A stretch of DNA of 64,000 nucleotides from assembly GCA_964035545.1 (NCBI GenBank), contig OZ037766.1, forward strand, positions 13,506,722 to 13,570,721, read 5' to 3'. Positions 23,587 through 36,289 of this stretch are shown here, in pieces (positions within the stretch are counted from its first letter, which is position 1; each line of letters begins with the position of its first letter). This stretch comes from Bugula neritina (taxonomy: Eukaryota > Animalia > Bryozoa). The notes below the pieces were generated by a model that ran no database searches, had not been told where the DNA came from, and worked only from the letters and a program-made list of their open reading frames with translations. The position numbers were made by a program, and so were the translations under genes.

Positions 23587-25840
23587 GACACTAAATTGAC
23601 TACCTTGGTATATTCTAGATTATTGGCATTCAAATTAAGGAAGCCTTTTTAATAACCTCTATCTACTTATAAAAAAGCAATTATAGTTTTGGTGTTTTTT
23701 GGGTGAAGAAACTTATGCGACTCCCAAATGATGTAATTATAGAATAACATAATTTTGCATACTTCGTAGGAAATTTCTATTTCACGTGCAGAAATGTGCA
23801 ATAAACAGTTGCTCTTACATAATATCGGAGAAAAATGTTTTATTTTGAAGTTTTTAATTATCAGTTAGATGTGCTTAATGTAAACAAATAATGCAATATA
23901 AATTAACTATTTGCATATCAAAATAATTTGTTATTATTTTACTTTTGGTTTTATTGGTTGGTATTTACATGATTCAAATTACACTGCAAGTAAAACATAT
24001 AATAATGGACTCATGATATAATAAATTGCCGCAATAAAATATGAAATGATATATGTGGGCACAGAATGAGTAATATGTACATAATATGAAGAGTATCAAA
24101 CACTGGGTAGTACTTTGACTATAATACATGTATGTACAACTTGTAGTAATTGTAGTAAGTGGGTGAAGCAAATACACATGAAATTCATGTAAGAATGTTA
24201 TTTTGAAAGCATATTTTTTGAAAATTTGTAAGTTGTCTCTTACTTATTTATTGTATTTAGAATTGGCAATTTTTCAACAATTAAAACAGCAACAACTTAT
24301 ATCCATCACTTATTAAACTCTAATTCTGACTAAATGGGAGAATAAGTGAAAAATTACATAACAAATAAATTTGAAAAACAAGCCACACTCTGTTTTATCG
24401 CATTGACATTTTAGCTAATCAAAAGCTAGGAGAGAAATTATGCATTAATGAGTTTAAACCTACAATTCAGTAACAGGTGTATGAAAGGCATCAAATAGGG
24501 GGGAGGGAAGTATCGTGCAAATTTCCTAGTTGAACTCAATAAAATTTGCTAACAGCTAGTAGAATAAGCATAGGAGGGGATGCAAAATCAAAATAAGTAG
24601 GAGAAGATATTGACAAATATATAACATTTTCATAGCTATATATAAACATTATTGCTATATTGACTCTCTTAGCAATGCAAGCAGTAGCAAAACACATCTA
24701 TTATACCAAGTTGTTTCGCACTACAAAATTGCTGAGCCTTATTCTAAATTAGATAAGCTCCACAATAAATTAAAACTAAATCAAATTGTTATACAAGTTA
24801 CAGGGAAACATAATTAAATCTAGCTGTTCCTTGTCAGCATGGCTTATTATATCCTTTCACTAGACTACAGCTGCACTGCACAAGTCCTATGCTAGTATAA
24901 TGAATTTTTTTTCAACGTTCACCATTATAAAATTGTAAATAAGTGAGTACCTTGTAAAAATTATCTTAATGAGTAAATAAGCAGGCAATTATGCATTGTT
25001 TACATGTAATTTCTCTAAAAAGCAATTTTGGCTAAATTTATGGTTTTAATTTTTAAGCAATTTTTAAAATAATAAAGATGCTAGGCTAGTTAAGAAATAT
25101 TAAATGTCACAAATTTAGTTATCTTGCCATAAAACTATTTAATTATTTTATCTGACTGTCAGTTGAAGTGCAGATGAAAGGAAGAGATGTAACCTCTTCA
25201 GTTTCTTAGAATGGAGATAAACTTAAGAAATCTATAAGCAGAGTGAATAAATGATTGATTATGAAAGGTTAAGGTACTGTAGATATATGCTGAGGTTTTG
25301 TGTAGAAACTTCAAAACTAAAAAGCATAGCAGTTTCAAAATATGGTTCAAATTGTTATATTGCAAAAATAAGAAAAACAACAACCTTTTCAATTTAAAAG
25401 AAAATTGTTTAAAATAAATAATACCAGCTAAAAACACAAGCAAGCCGAGCCTTTCAAATGCCACTGGTATTACACAGGCATATTGACATGTCTTTGAAAG
25501 CACATTAATCAATAATATAGCTGATGACACTGCTTTGAAATGCAGGCATGTCTATGCATGCAGTCAACACTCCTAACTAATTGAATATTGCTTTCTCTCC
25601 CTTTTACAATAACAAATTAGAAAACTGAAAAAGCCATAATTATAAATTCATGTTCGGCAGTTCTCTTGTTCTCTCTGAATAGACAACTCTATGGCATATG
25701 TCACGGTTAGGACATGGGCTGCAGCTGTAATATGAAGGGCAAGCAAAATTTTTTCGTTAAAACTTAAAGTACTGCTTTCCAGTTTGTTGATTTTATTGTC
25801 CGAAAAAAAACAAAGTTTTGCATGCATTAATTAACCAAAT

Positions 25841-26040
25841 AAAAAACTTACGGAGGTTTATAGTCGCTATCTCTATAAGAAATCTCTGATGGAGAGGGTT
25901 TTTGTTAAATTGGGCTAAGAACTTGTTCAGATGAGGCACAGGAGCAATTATGATTGGATGCTCTTCCTAATATCACCAATGGCTCTTGTTGGGGTCGAAC
26001 CCCTGACTTCGTGTTCACTAAGCAAACGATCTAACCCCTA
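25841..26040 (-). mobile_element. tRNA-derived SINE, possibly MetaSINE-like
   Basis: The minus strand has an A-box-like TAGGGGTTAGATCG, a B box GGTTCGACCCC, then ATTGGTGATATTAGGAAGAGCATCC (resembles the Meta core domain, from memory) and a T-rich 3' end. A related 3'-tail fragment lies at ~57607-57651. Confidence 0.65.
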
Positions 26041-27177
26041 AACTTCACATTATGCTGGTAATATGTTGTTTATATTATATTGTAGCGATCAGACCTCAAG
26101 ATCTACTATTTAGAGTTCTTTTAACTCTACCACACATGATCTTGTAGTGCCTAGTAGCACTAGATGTAAAGATGCTTGATATGATAATAAAATAATGAAG
26201 TTGCATTATTTATAAACTCATGGCTGCTATTCCTTAACCTTAAAAAAGTCTTCACTCTTGAAGCTGTGGAAATTTCAGAATTATGACATTGTTTTTGATT
26301 TCAAGTTTTTTTATATGCTAATTTTTAATTGAATTATTTTTTTCTTTTTACTTACATACTTAAAATTTTCTATTGCATCGTATGACAACTCCAAAATCTG
26401 AGCTAGATTTAATAATTATTGTTTAGACATACTAAATAATATGCTTCTCATAATTTAATTATAATAATACAGGCAATAAAGCTTTAGCTCAATAAAACTT
26501 TTAATAATGTAAACATTAGTTAGAAAGCTGAGTTGTCTTGGTGTTTGCAAGTTATTGTCTTAGACTTGGAGGGTTTGGTGCAAAATACTCTTATATGTGC
26601 TTAATTGTTTTATTACAGCAGCTGCATCATTGTGTTCTTTTTACATTTATATAATTTAATGCTGTTTCAATATATAAGCTTTGTGTACTAACATTTTCGT
26701 AGGTAATAAAAGCAAAATGTTTAAATCAAACAATGGAAGTGGCAAGAAAGGTACTTTTGTTTAATTACCTGTGCCTGCCATTGCATTGACAAACATCACT
26801 TTTTATTAGCAATCAAGACAGAACCAAATCTCCTATGTCCATAAATCATAAAAAAATGAAAGTAGGTAGCTATATTGAAAATAAGGTAACTGCTAACTTT
26901 TTCCACCATCAGTGTAAAACTCATTTGTTATCCAGCTTGTATTTTAGGATACATTATAAAGCTACAATCTCACGAGTTTTAGCAATATAAGTAGCTTTTA
27001 AGCACACAGCTTCCTTCTAAAAGCGGCTGGCTTGTTGTATAAGTGTAGCCACTGTTGCATTTTCACCAGTTTATATGAAGAGAAACAAGCTCTAGGTATA
27101 AAGTTTCGCAAAGAGAAAACAATTTTAGGGCAGACTTCGAAGCAAACTTTTGTTATTTTCTAAACATCCAAAAATAG

Positions 27178-28347
27178 ATGGCTGAGCAGCTAGACGTTAA
27201 ACTTGAGAAGGTGCAACTAGCAGTGCAAGGAGAAGAACTGTTGCTAAAACCAGTCAAGCGATACAGGCCGAGATGTTTCTCCACACTTACCGAAAATGCA
27301 ATATTTACATACTGGAGTTTGTTTAATCCTGAAACTAAGGAAGTAACTTCAACATTTCATGTAAAAGATGAAGATCAATCTATGACCGCATTTGACACAA
27401 ATGGTGTTGCGCTGTTTACTGCCACCAGAGTATCTTCTCTGGCACAGGAAACGACTGTTAGCTGGAGCTCTGGACAGTTTATTGGTAAAGTAGACTTCAA
27501 GGTAATTGAAGGAAGTATCAGAGTTGGAAAGCCACTTACTATAACACAAAAAAATGAGAAAGCGGCAAGCAAAGATAGAATATTTATTGTTCGAGCTAAC
27601 CGAAAGTTTGTAGGTAAGATTTCTCTTCATAAGGGATGTGTGAAAATAATTCTTGCTCAGGATGTGAGCAATCCTGTAAAAAGAGTTTTATTATTAATTA
27701 GTTCTCTTAAACACGGATATGCAAGTTACGGGTTGCACAAAGAGCCATTGCCAATAGCGAAGTGTCCATCTAACGCAAGCTCTGGAAATCAGTGTAGGTT
27801 GATCATTTCTAAGTTCATATTTATTAGAGGTGCTTGGATAGACAGTGAAGGCAAACACTGCTATGAGGTATTCAACTCGACTGGTAGCCTTCAGCTAGTA
27901 TTTACGTGTGGCAAAATTAGTGATAAAGAGGTGTGTTACAAGGCAATGAATGCTCATGGCGTAGATGTTTTTTATGCAAAGTCTACAGAAAGCAGAGTTA
28001 AAGTTTTCTCTGCTACCAACACAGTAGTTGGGCACATAACAGGTCAGTCAATCTTTGATTCAAACAACATAGAAAGGATGAAAGTGTATTCTACTTCCAA
28101 AGGAGCTCAACTCACAATCAGGAGACTAAATTACAGAAACACTGTAGGGATTAGTAAACGCCTGAAAACTATTCACCACATAGTCATAGAAGGTGGCAAC
28201 TCTTTACCTTGGAAGATGCTAATCTTGTCTACTTTTATAAGCAATATTCACTCTTGCACAAATTTACCTGAGTTACCTAAAACTAATGCCTACATTTTTG
28301 CAAACTCTATGAAGTTTGTTACTCCATCGATTATGTCTTTAGTTTAA
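27178..28347 (+). CDS. Intronless 389-aa protein, probably two tandem scramblase/LURP-one/Tubby-C-like beta-barrel domains
   Basis: Long ORF in AT-rich DNA with two parallel halves: AFDTNGVALF / AMNAHGVDVF, GQFIGKV / NTVVGHI, and VGKI...K+hydrophobic helix (VKRVLLLISSL) / VGIS...WKMLILSTFI. Family assignment is by eye only. Confidence 0.7.
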   Translation: MAEQLDVKLEKVQLAVQGEELLLKPVKRYRPRCFSTLTENAIFTYWSLFNPETKEVTSTFHVKDEDQSMTAFDTNGVALFTATRVSSLAQETTVSWSSGQFIGKVDFKVIEGSIRVGKPLTITQKNEKAASKDRIFIVRANRKFVGKISLHKGCVKIILAQDVSNPVKRVLLLISSLKHGYASYGLHKEPLPIAKCPSNASSGNQCRLIISKFIFIRGAWIDSEGKHCYEVFNSTGSLQLVFTCGKISDKEVCYKAMNAHGVDVFYAKSTESRVKVFSATNTVVGHITGQSIFDSNNIERMKVYSTSKGAQLTIRRLNYRNTVGISKRLKTIHHIVIEGGNSLPWKMLILSTFISNIHSCTNLPELPKTNAYIFANSMKFVTPSIMSLV

Positions 28348-29187
28348 TTGTAATTTCCATCATTTCAAACCATTATTTTGAAATTTGCTTATTTAGTGGA
28401 AGTATATAAACAAATATATTATCTTAGTAATACCAAGAGTTGTAACCTTTCGTGCTCTGTTCAAAAGTTTAAATTTTTCCAAACACACCTTTAGTTAGCC
28501 GCCTATAAACCAACCAAAAATCTAAATTATAATGATAAAATGTTCTTTTTGTAAAAGTACTGGTGCATACATACATAAATCCGATAAAAAGCAATATAGA
28601 GCGATATATGTGTAATTATTGATACTCATAGTGCTGCTCTTCATCTGGTAGAAAGAGAATTGTAGACAAATAGAACATGCATGCAATACACTCACACTTC
28701 AGGACCAAAAACTTATGTCAGACACATATTTTTTATTTCCTTGAAAGTTAAAAATTCCCATAAGGGGGAATCACTCTCTTGTAAGGGAAACCCTGTAGAA
28801 TCATATTTAATTTTATCAAACCGGTATTTCAATAGAAATAAATATTATTTTTTAAAAGATGAAGTTAAAGTTAAAATTATGAATACTCTCAACTTAAAAA
28901 AAAGTTTTTATTATCAAATTTTGAAAAAGAGTACAAAGAATTATATTCAAAAAATGTCAATGTATTAATATACAATAAAGTCAAATATCAGATAAATGAT
29001 AAAAAGATTAAGCTGATGCTTCAACTAATTTCTGAAGATGACTAGATCAAGCCAGTACAAATGTTGATTCTTAAATTATACAACAAAAATTGAAGTGCAT
29101 ACGATGTAAACTAGCATTGCAATTTGTAAAAACTGTTTGGCAAATAATTCTGTATGAAAGATGTTAAAAATATTAGAACACATCAGC

Positions 29188-32100
29188 TTACAATGAGATG
29201 TAGTTACGAGAATGGTTGGCCAGGTCAGTAGTATTAAACTGATTACAATTGTACATATTGTCTGAAGAAGTTGACTGTGCTGCACCTAGCCTTAGTAAAT
29301 CTGGCGAAGGCATTGTGGAGGAGGTAGCTTTATGCAGTAAGTTAGATGATTCAACTTCTTGAGCTGTTTTAACTGCAATATTAGCTGCTGGTTGGCAGGA
29401 TTTCATGTCTGATAGTACTATAGTGTGGTAGTTGGACCCAGTTTGCATTGAACAGTAGTAGGACATTGGTATGGCAGACGGCTGCTGTGACGTCTGCACC
29501 TGCTGAGATGGCATTATCTGGTGGGAGGACAACTCTGGTTGAGTTTCTTCCCCATTATAGTCGTAGTTTGGCTGGCCACCATATACGGGTAGTAGAGTGC
29601 TGCTACTAGCTTTCGTGGCCTTACTACCAGCTGCTGCTAATCTTTTCTTCTGCTTTGGCTGCATATTGCTATGCATTCTCTTAAAGTGTTTGTTGACATT
29701 CTCAGAAAAATGGCTTTGGTATGTGCAGCCATCAAATTTACATCTACAGTCAGAAAAAAAGGCATATTATTAGCTAAAAATTGTGCAATATTGAGCACAC
29801 AAAACATAATGTTTACCAGTTAAAGGGTACGTTCCAAATAAATATTTAAAAAAAGTAACATCTTAATAGAAAAATAAAAGTGTCTACAAACTAAGCAGAA
29901 AACCACCTCACCCTGAAGTGTATTTATTAATGTCCTATTAAACAGCAAATGCAACGAACAAGCTGGTCACACGATTAAATTTCAAGTTTCGTTACTTTAC
30001 TCACTTGTATTTCTTTTCATCTAAATGAATCTTCATGTGTCTCTTTAAATACTGTTTACAGTGACTTCTGAATGAGCACTTGGTACAGTGAAAACTAGAG
30101 GAGGTCGAGTGCATGACTGACTCATGCTGCCTTAAGTTATACAATGTCTTAAATTTGCTGCCGCAGTGCGGGCAAACGAATTGTTTATCTTCGGCATGTT
30201 TTGTGGTTATGTGTTTGGAGAGGAGATCCATGCCAAGAGTTGAGAAATTGCATCCTTCCACCTGTGAATGTTATGGAAATATTATAAAGAAGATAATGTG
30301 TGAAGTTCGTGTAGAAAAAACTCCGCCCATGTACATAAATATGCTATATATACACATCTACAAAAGATTTGTATGAAATATATTACCAAAGTTATCTAAA
30401 AAAAATTAGTCAATGCTGACTTAAGCCTTATAAACATGAATGGGTGCAAAAACTAAAAGGAGCCAATTACATAAGCTCACACTGTTTCTATCATCAACAT
30501 GTTATGCATGGAGTATATAGCATACAATAAAATAGCAGATATAAAGCGAGGCACTATGCCATAATGTATAGATGAACAAAGACGTGTCAGTATACAAGGT
30601 AATCACACATGATGTTGTATAAAACAAGGTATCTCGATAATTACACTTGCTGAATATCACAGCACCAGCATATTGAAATATGTTTACCTTACAACTCAGA
30701 ACTGGCCAGTTTTGAATGTTGAGCTGATGCTTTTGATACATGTGATGGACAAGCTCCTTGTTCTCATAGAAATCTTTGCTGCACACATGACAGAGAAAGT
30801 TCCTGACCTGTTCATAGACGGGGTGACATTAGTGTCAAGTATATACAATATTACAGAACACTGTCAACACACGACTAAATAGATTACTCAGCTGATTACA
30901 CACAGTTAATAACAGAGTACGTCATAGGCTAGAGTAAAACACTATTCTTCATAAATAGTGGATGCTAATGTTAATAGTTTCCATGTTTTATAGTCTAAAC
31001 TAGATTAAGTCTTTAGATATAGTATGGACTACTACTTGAGTCTAACATGACACACGCTCCTACCTTATGATGAACTCTCTCTATATGCCGTGCCATGCTC
31101 GCTTCTCCTGAGATCAACTTAGAGCAGAGTTCACATCTCAGCTTTGTAGGTGGCAGAGGGATCTGAAAAAAATAACTATGCAAACTGCGATAGGCTTTCT
31201 ATTCAACATTCCATACAGGACACAATACCTCGATATCACAGAAGGAATGAAAAGTAAAACACATAGAGGCAGATGTAAAACTGACCTTGGTGTGTGGTGA
31301 GATAATGTTATGCTTAGCAAACATGTGTTTTGTTAGGAACCTCTGAAGGACTTGTTTACTGCACACGGGACATGAGACCTTCTGATTAGCTTTGGATTTC
31401 CTTCCGGAATGATTGTATTCAAGATGGCTGCTGAATAGCTTCTCACTACGAAATCACAAGATGACTAGAGACTACTACACTACATACTGCATACCATTGT
31501 ACAGGTAGAATACGGTTATTATGCACCACTTTAATTTTTTTCACAAAGCAGCATAACACATGTATACATATGAAGAAAATTTAAAATTCCACCAAGTGAG
31601 CATAATATTCCAGCACGCGAGTGTCTCTGTAGAATGTATAGATCTACATGTCTGTATGTGTGCATCAATTAATTTGTAGTAACTTGAAAAACAGATTTAA
31701 TTTCAACGAGAGAATTTTTCTTCTAGCTAAACATTACTTACATATCACTAACTTATTTCAAAACTCTCACATCAAAGAGTTTAGAACATGTGAACTAACC
31801 TATGAGAAGTGTAACTGCAGCTGGGACACTCGTATATAGTTATATAGTCTGGTAAACTATCTTTATGTACAGAGTTGAGGTGGAGACACAGCTTCATATA
31901 TCCTTCACTATAGGTAGAGGCTATTTTCACTTTGACGTCACACCGAGGACAAGGTAACACATGATACTGCAAACAACATGACACGTTAAACTTAATCGGC
32001 AGCTAGAGAAAATTAGCATATATGTATTAGATACTCAGACAAGCTTTTTGGCAGCTTTTGCAAAGTGTTCGCATCTAATATTCTCGTCCATTATTGAAAA

Positions 32101-34785
32101 TGCAAGTTGCTATCCCAATATTTTGGTCTATTAGTCTAGCATTCGTAATAAAGCCAAGTAGGTTATTTAGTTTTTCTGTTATTTTGAAGATGGTGTCTTT
32201 ATATATTTAAACAGCAAACCGAAAATTTTGCTGTTGACCTTTTGAATTTACCATTAAATGAGTTCGAGCAAAATATTTCCCAACTTATGTAAATAATTGA
32301 CCATAAAAATCAGGGTAAAAAATATAGAAAAACCAAAGAGAGCACAAAAGCTATTACAATGATAAATCATGAGTATATTAGACACACAATGCACAATCCG
32401 TAAAACAAAGCAACAAAATTAAACTATATTCTAAAAAAAAAATATAACTTTAAACAGGAAAAGAGACAACTTATAATTATTAAAAATAAACACACAGCAG
32501 AACTAACCTTGACTAAAGTTCTCTTTGCTTTCACCTGCAATCGCTTACTGTTCAGAAGTGATTTACCATCTACTACCAGACCATCTTTATGGACACGGCT
32601 TTCATCAAACTCGCAATGCTCAGTCTGTACAACATAACCAGCACACAAAGTATTAGTTCAACCTTGTTACTGTGTCTAGTACTTCAAGTAGAAATATAAT
32701 TAGTATAAAAACCGATAGCTTCTCGTTTATGACCACTGGCACGAATATCCATGACAAAAAGCTCACGCTTACATTTCTATGATATTCAATATCAAACAGT
32801 GAACAAACAACAGTTTCAGAATAATCTCCATTCCTCAAATGATAACAAATTCCAGCTAATTTAAATGAAATGCTACCTGAATGTGTTCTGATAAGAGAGC
32901 CCAGGTGCGAAAAGTATTTTTCTGCTCCTCCACCTCTCCATTTGACTGAGTTGCAGCTATTAAAACATTAAGAGTACAACTTCCAATAATGCTAACAGGG
33001 TATGAAATAAAATGTTTTGAAATTATCAATATTAAATTTTAATAGGGCACTGTAAATCACATAAATAATTGCAAATAGCAAGTTTACCAAAATAACATAA
33101 ATGCAGATTAACATTAAAGAAATTCAAACTCAAGGATGTTATTCAAACATACCAACTAAAAGAACCACATTGAATTCAAATTATTTTGGTGTTCAAAGTT
33201 TAACAAAAAGCACAAGTAATAAAAAAAATAAGGTAAACTCATGAAATAACAAAGCTATTTTAGGACTGGTTTGCATGTATTGAATGTTTTCTAAATTAGG
33301 AATATTCTAATATACTAAGAGACATCTGCTAGGTCCAAAAAGCTGTAGCATTAACTTGTTTTTGACCAAAAAAAATCACCTTTAAATTGAATTTCTTAAA
33401 AATATTGGGATTTACTTTCCAGCATACAAATATTATAAAATCAAGCGTATTTAAAATAGAACTTATATATTTGCGGCAATAACCCTGTCTCTGAAAAGAC
33501 AACTTCTAATAAACACCAAGATCACAATTGCGATTAACTTTGTATGTAGAGCCAACTTTTTAATAGATGAATTTCTCCACTCACTTACAGTCTGGGATGT
33601 GGGTATTGTCATTTGAATTATGCTGCAGTATGTTACACAATATACAGTCTAAACCAGTAGAACTCACACTGCTGCTATCTACAACAGAGTATACAATGCA
33701 ATATGAGCAACCTACAGCTCAACATTATTGGCTATATTTTGATAAACAATTGTAAAATTCGCTCATTCAAGTTAATAAAAAATCAGTATTAAACTGTTAT
33801 TTGAATACGTACACTTTAGGACTGCTCAACGAAATGGAACAGTTTTCAGGTTGGTGTAGTTATGTTTACTGGAAATTTTATACTAGGTTTAGCAGATAAA
33901 ATAGTATATAAATAGCTAACAATGTATCTAGTTTATGGATACTACTAGCAGCTACATAGCCACAATGATATATACTATATATTTTTATTTTAGACATCAA
34001 AATAATCACTGCTCACTTACACAGCAAATGATGACACATATATACTACTCCTGTTTCTTATTGTTCAAAAAAATAGAAAGCAACACCAAGTAAGCTTATA
34101 TGAAAAGTACAACTCCGCCACATACTGTGACCATGTGAAAAAGTGCTGAATGAACAACTAGAGACGAGTGGACTCTTCAACAGAAATTAGACAGATAACT
34201 CTAAATATTTAAATGGTAACCAGAACAAGTGGCATGTGCTTGGGCACACATCTGAATCAACGAACCTGGTAAGTCATATTCATCATCTATATTTTGCTCC
34301 ACTTTTTCTTCACAATTCCCATCATAGACATCATCCTATATTAAGAGTAGCATTTCAATCAATTTAAAAACATCTATCTACAGGTCACTAAAATAAGAAT
34401 TTTATGCAGCATCATACAAAACAGAAGGCAAAAAGAGGCCAATTTAAAATGATACACACGCATGCAGGAAATTTAAAGCAAATAATATAAAAATATAGGA
34501 ATTACAATACAGTTTTCTTCCGTCAATGCTTCATCTTGAGTTTTATTATTCACTGGTATATCTACAAAAAGTAATTTGATTAGTATAAATTATGAGGTGA
34601 CAGCAGAAAATAGTTGTACTGTATAAAAATGAGATTAATAGTAGATTAATACCGATTATTGATGCTTCCAGTAAGGCCTCGTGAAACTGGCTAAACAAAT
34701 GCTGTATTTCAGTATTATGAGTACCAGAAGACAATGAAAGTACACTGGCTTCCAAATCTTTAGCCTTTTTTCTAACATCATCCAT
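29188..34785 (-). CDS. C2H2 zinc-finger protein, 12 coding exons, ~670 aa
   Basis: Exons 34653-34785, 34506-34561, 34266-34335, 33585-33678, 32773-32956, 32508-32624, 31800-31966, 31286-31445, 31064-31162, 30688-30807, 30005-30261 and 29188-29743 are phase-consistent. About 9 C2H2 fingers (e.g. CPHCGSKFKTLYNLRQHESVMH, CTKCSFRSHCKQYLKRHMKIH), an acidic N-terminus and a Q/S-rich tail. The ATG directly follows an acceptor, so upstream exon(s) probably exist. Confidence 0.85.
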
Positions 34786-36176
34786 CTGTATAAAGTTCAT
34801 ACTTGTTAGATTTAGTATGAAAACAGAATAATGCAATTTAACTTGATGTGACTATTACTATTTAGTATTTTTTACTTAGCAAATTAAACAAGAAAAGACA
34901 CTGTAAGGATACAGCATTATTATTACATGCGGATGCCAGAATGTGAAAAAATATAATAGCCCGAATTGTTAGGCTTATTTTCCATAAATATCATTATTCG
35001 CAGTACTACTTATATTGTCTAGTAATAGTAGTTAATTTAACTAAGTGATTACATGAGTGATTAGTAAGTACTAAGTAGGTAGCAATACTATAACTAGACT
35101 ATGCCCATGATCTATGTCTCTATGACTATCAGCGGTATCCTTCATATTGATCATTGATATTGGCCATTAGTATTAGTATTATATTATATTTAATATAAGT
35201 TAAAGTATTGGCACTGCATTAGAAAATTTTAGTCTTAGACTTGGTCTTACCCTTGGATTAGAAGTTAAGACTTATGTCTTAGAGTCTACCCCTACTAGAG
35301 CTACCAGTACACGAAATTTAGTACTGTTACTACTACTAGGTCTGGTAATAGTACAACATTAAGAATAAGTATTACTAGTACTAAAACTGCACTACTAATA
35401 CTAATAGTAATACTATTAAAGAATTGAACATTGGATCAACTACAGCAACCACAGTGCAGTCCCATACTGCACTCTTGCTCCAGACAGACTAAGCAGGCCT
35501 GTTTTGCATTTACTGCATTTATTTTAAATATATCTTTACTGACCATAGGTACATACATGTAACCCATTATTAAAAATGTGGCACACCCTTTCTACTCAGC
35601 ATGGTGGTTTAATGTGAAAAAAAAATTCGACAGGTATGAGGTATCGACAGGCACCATTAGTATTAGCAATAGTATAATTTGTACCAGCTATAACATTACA
35701 TAATGATAATGTAATGCTAATAGTTGATACAAAAATGTAACCATATGATTAAATTTAATTTTATTATATGATTACCTAATTTAGTAACTATTAGTTTTAC
35801 TATTAGTGTTACAGTCAACAGTATTAGTATTACATATATTATTGAATTAGAATTTAGTATAACTATTACTATTAGTATTAGTATTAGTATTAGTATTAGT
35901 ATATAAGTATAACTTTAAGTATAAATAAATACGTATAATTATTAATTATAACTTATAGGTTACAATTATAAGCAATAGTTATATTAAATTAATATTATAT
36001 TTACTTTTAGTGTAAGTATATGAATAGTTCTAGAACTAGAAGTAGAAATAAGTTACTCCAACTCCAAGCAACTGCAAAGTGAAAGAAAAAGGTGATTTTC
36101 TAACTCTTTATAGTTATTGTTATACTTATAGTTATACTTATACTATAAACTTATAGTTAATGTTATACTTATACTA

Positions 36177-36289
36177 TAAATTTGTAATTACTTGCTACTG
36201 ATACTGAATAACTATAAGTATAACTTAATCTTATAGTTATACTTATAGTTATTCACTTTCAGTTTCAGTAGCAAGCAATTACAAATTTA
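36177..36289. repeat. ~113-bp near-perfect inverted repeat (hairpin)
   Basis: Left arm TAAATTTGTAATTACTTGCTACTGATACTGAATAACTATAAGTATAACT pairs with right arm AGTTATACTTATAGTTATTCACTTTCAGTTTCAGTAGCAAGCAATTACAAATTTA. Confidence 0.85.

Noticed and set aside
25975-26040. Functional tRNA gene
   Set aside because: A/B boxes are present but the cloverleaf is incomplete and runs into a SINE-like body and tail.
26703-27095. Extra coding exons upstream of the 389-aa ORF (MFKSNNGSGKK...)
   Set aside because: Joining to the candidate small exons gives in-frame stops, so these are at most 5' UTR exons with a uORF.
34266-34561. Apparent in-frame TGA (selenocysteine) at a zinc-finger gene exon junction
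   Set aside because: It arises only with the GTATTG donor. The GTAATT donor 5 nt further on gives a clean phase-0 junction.
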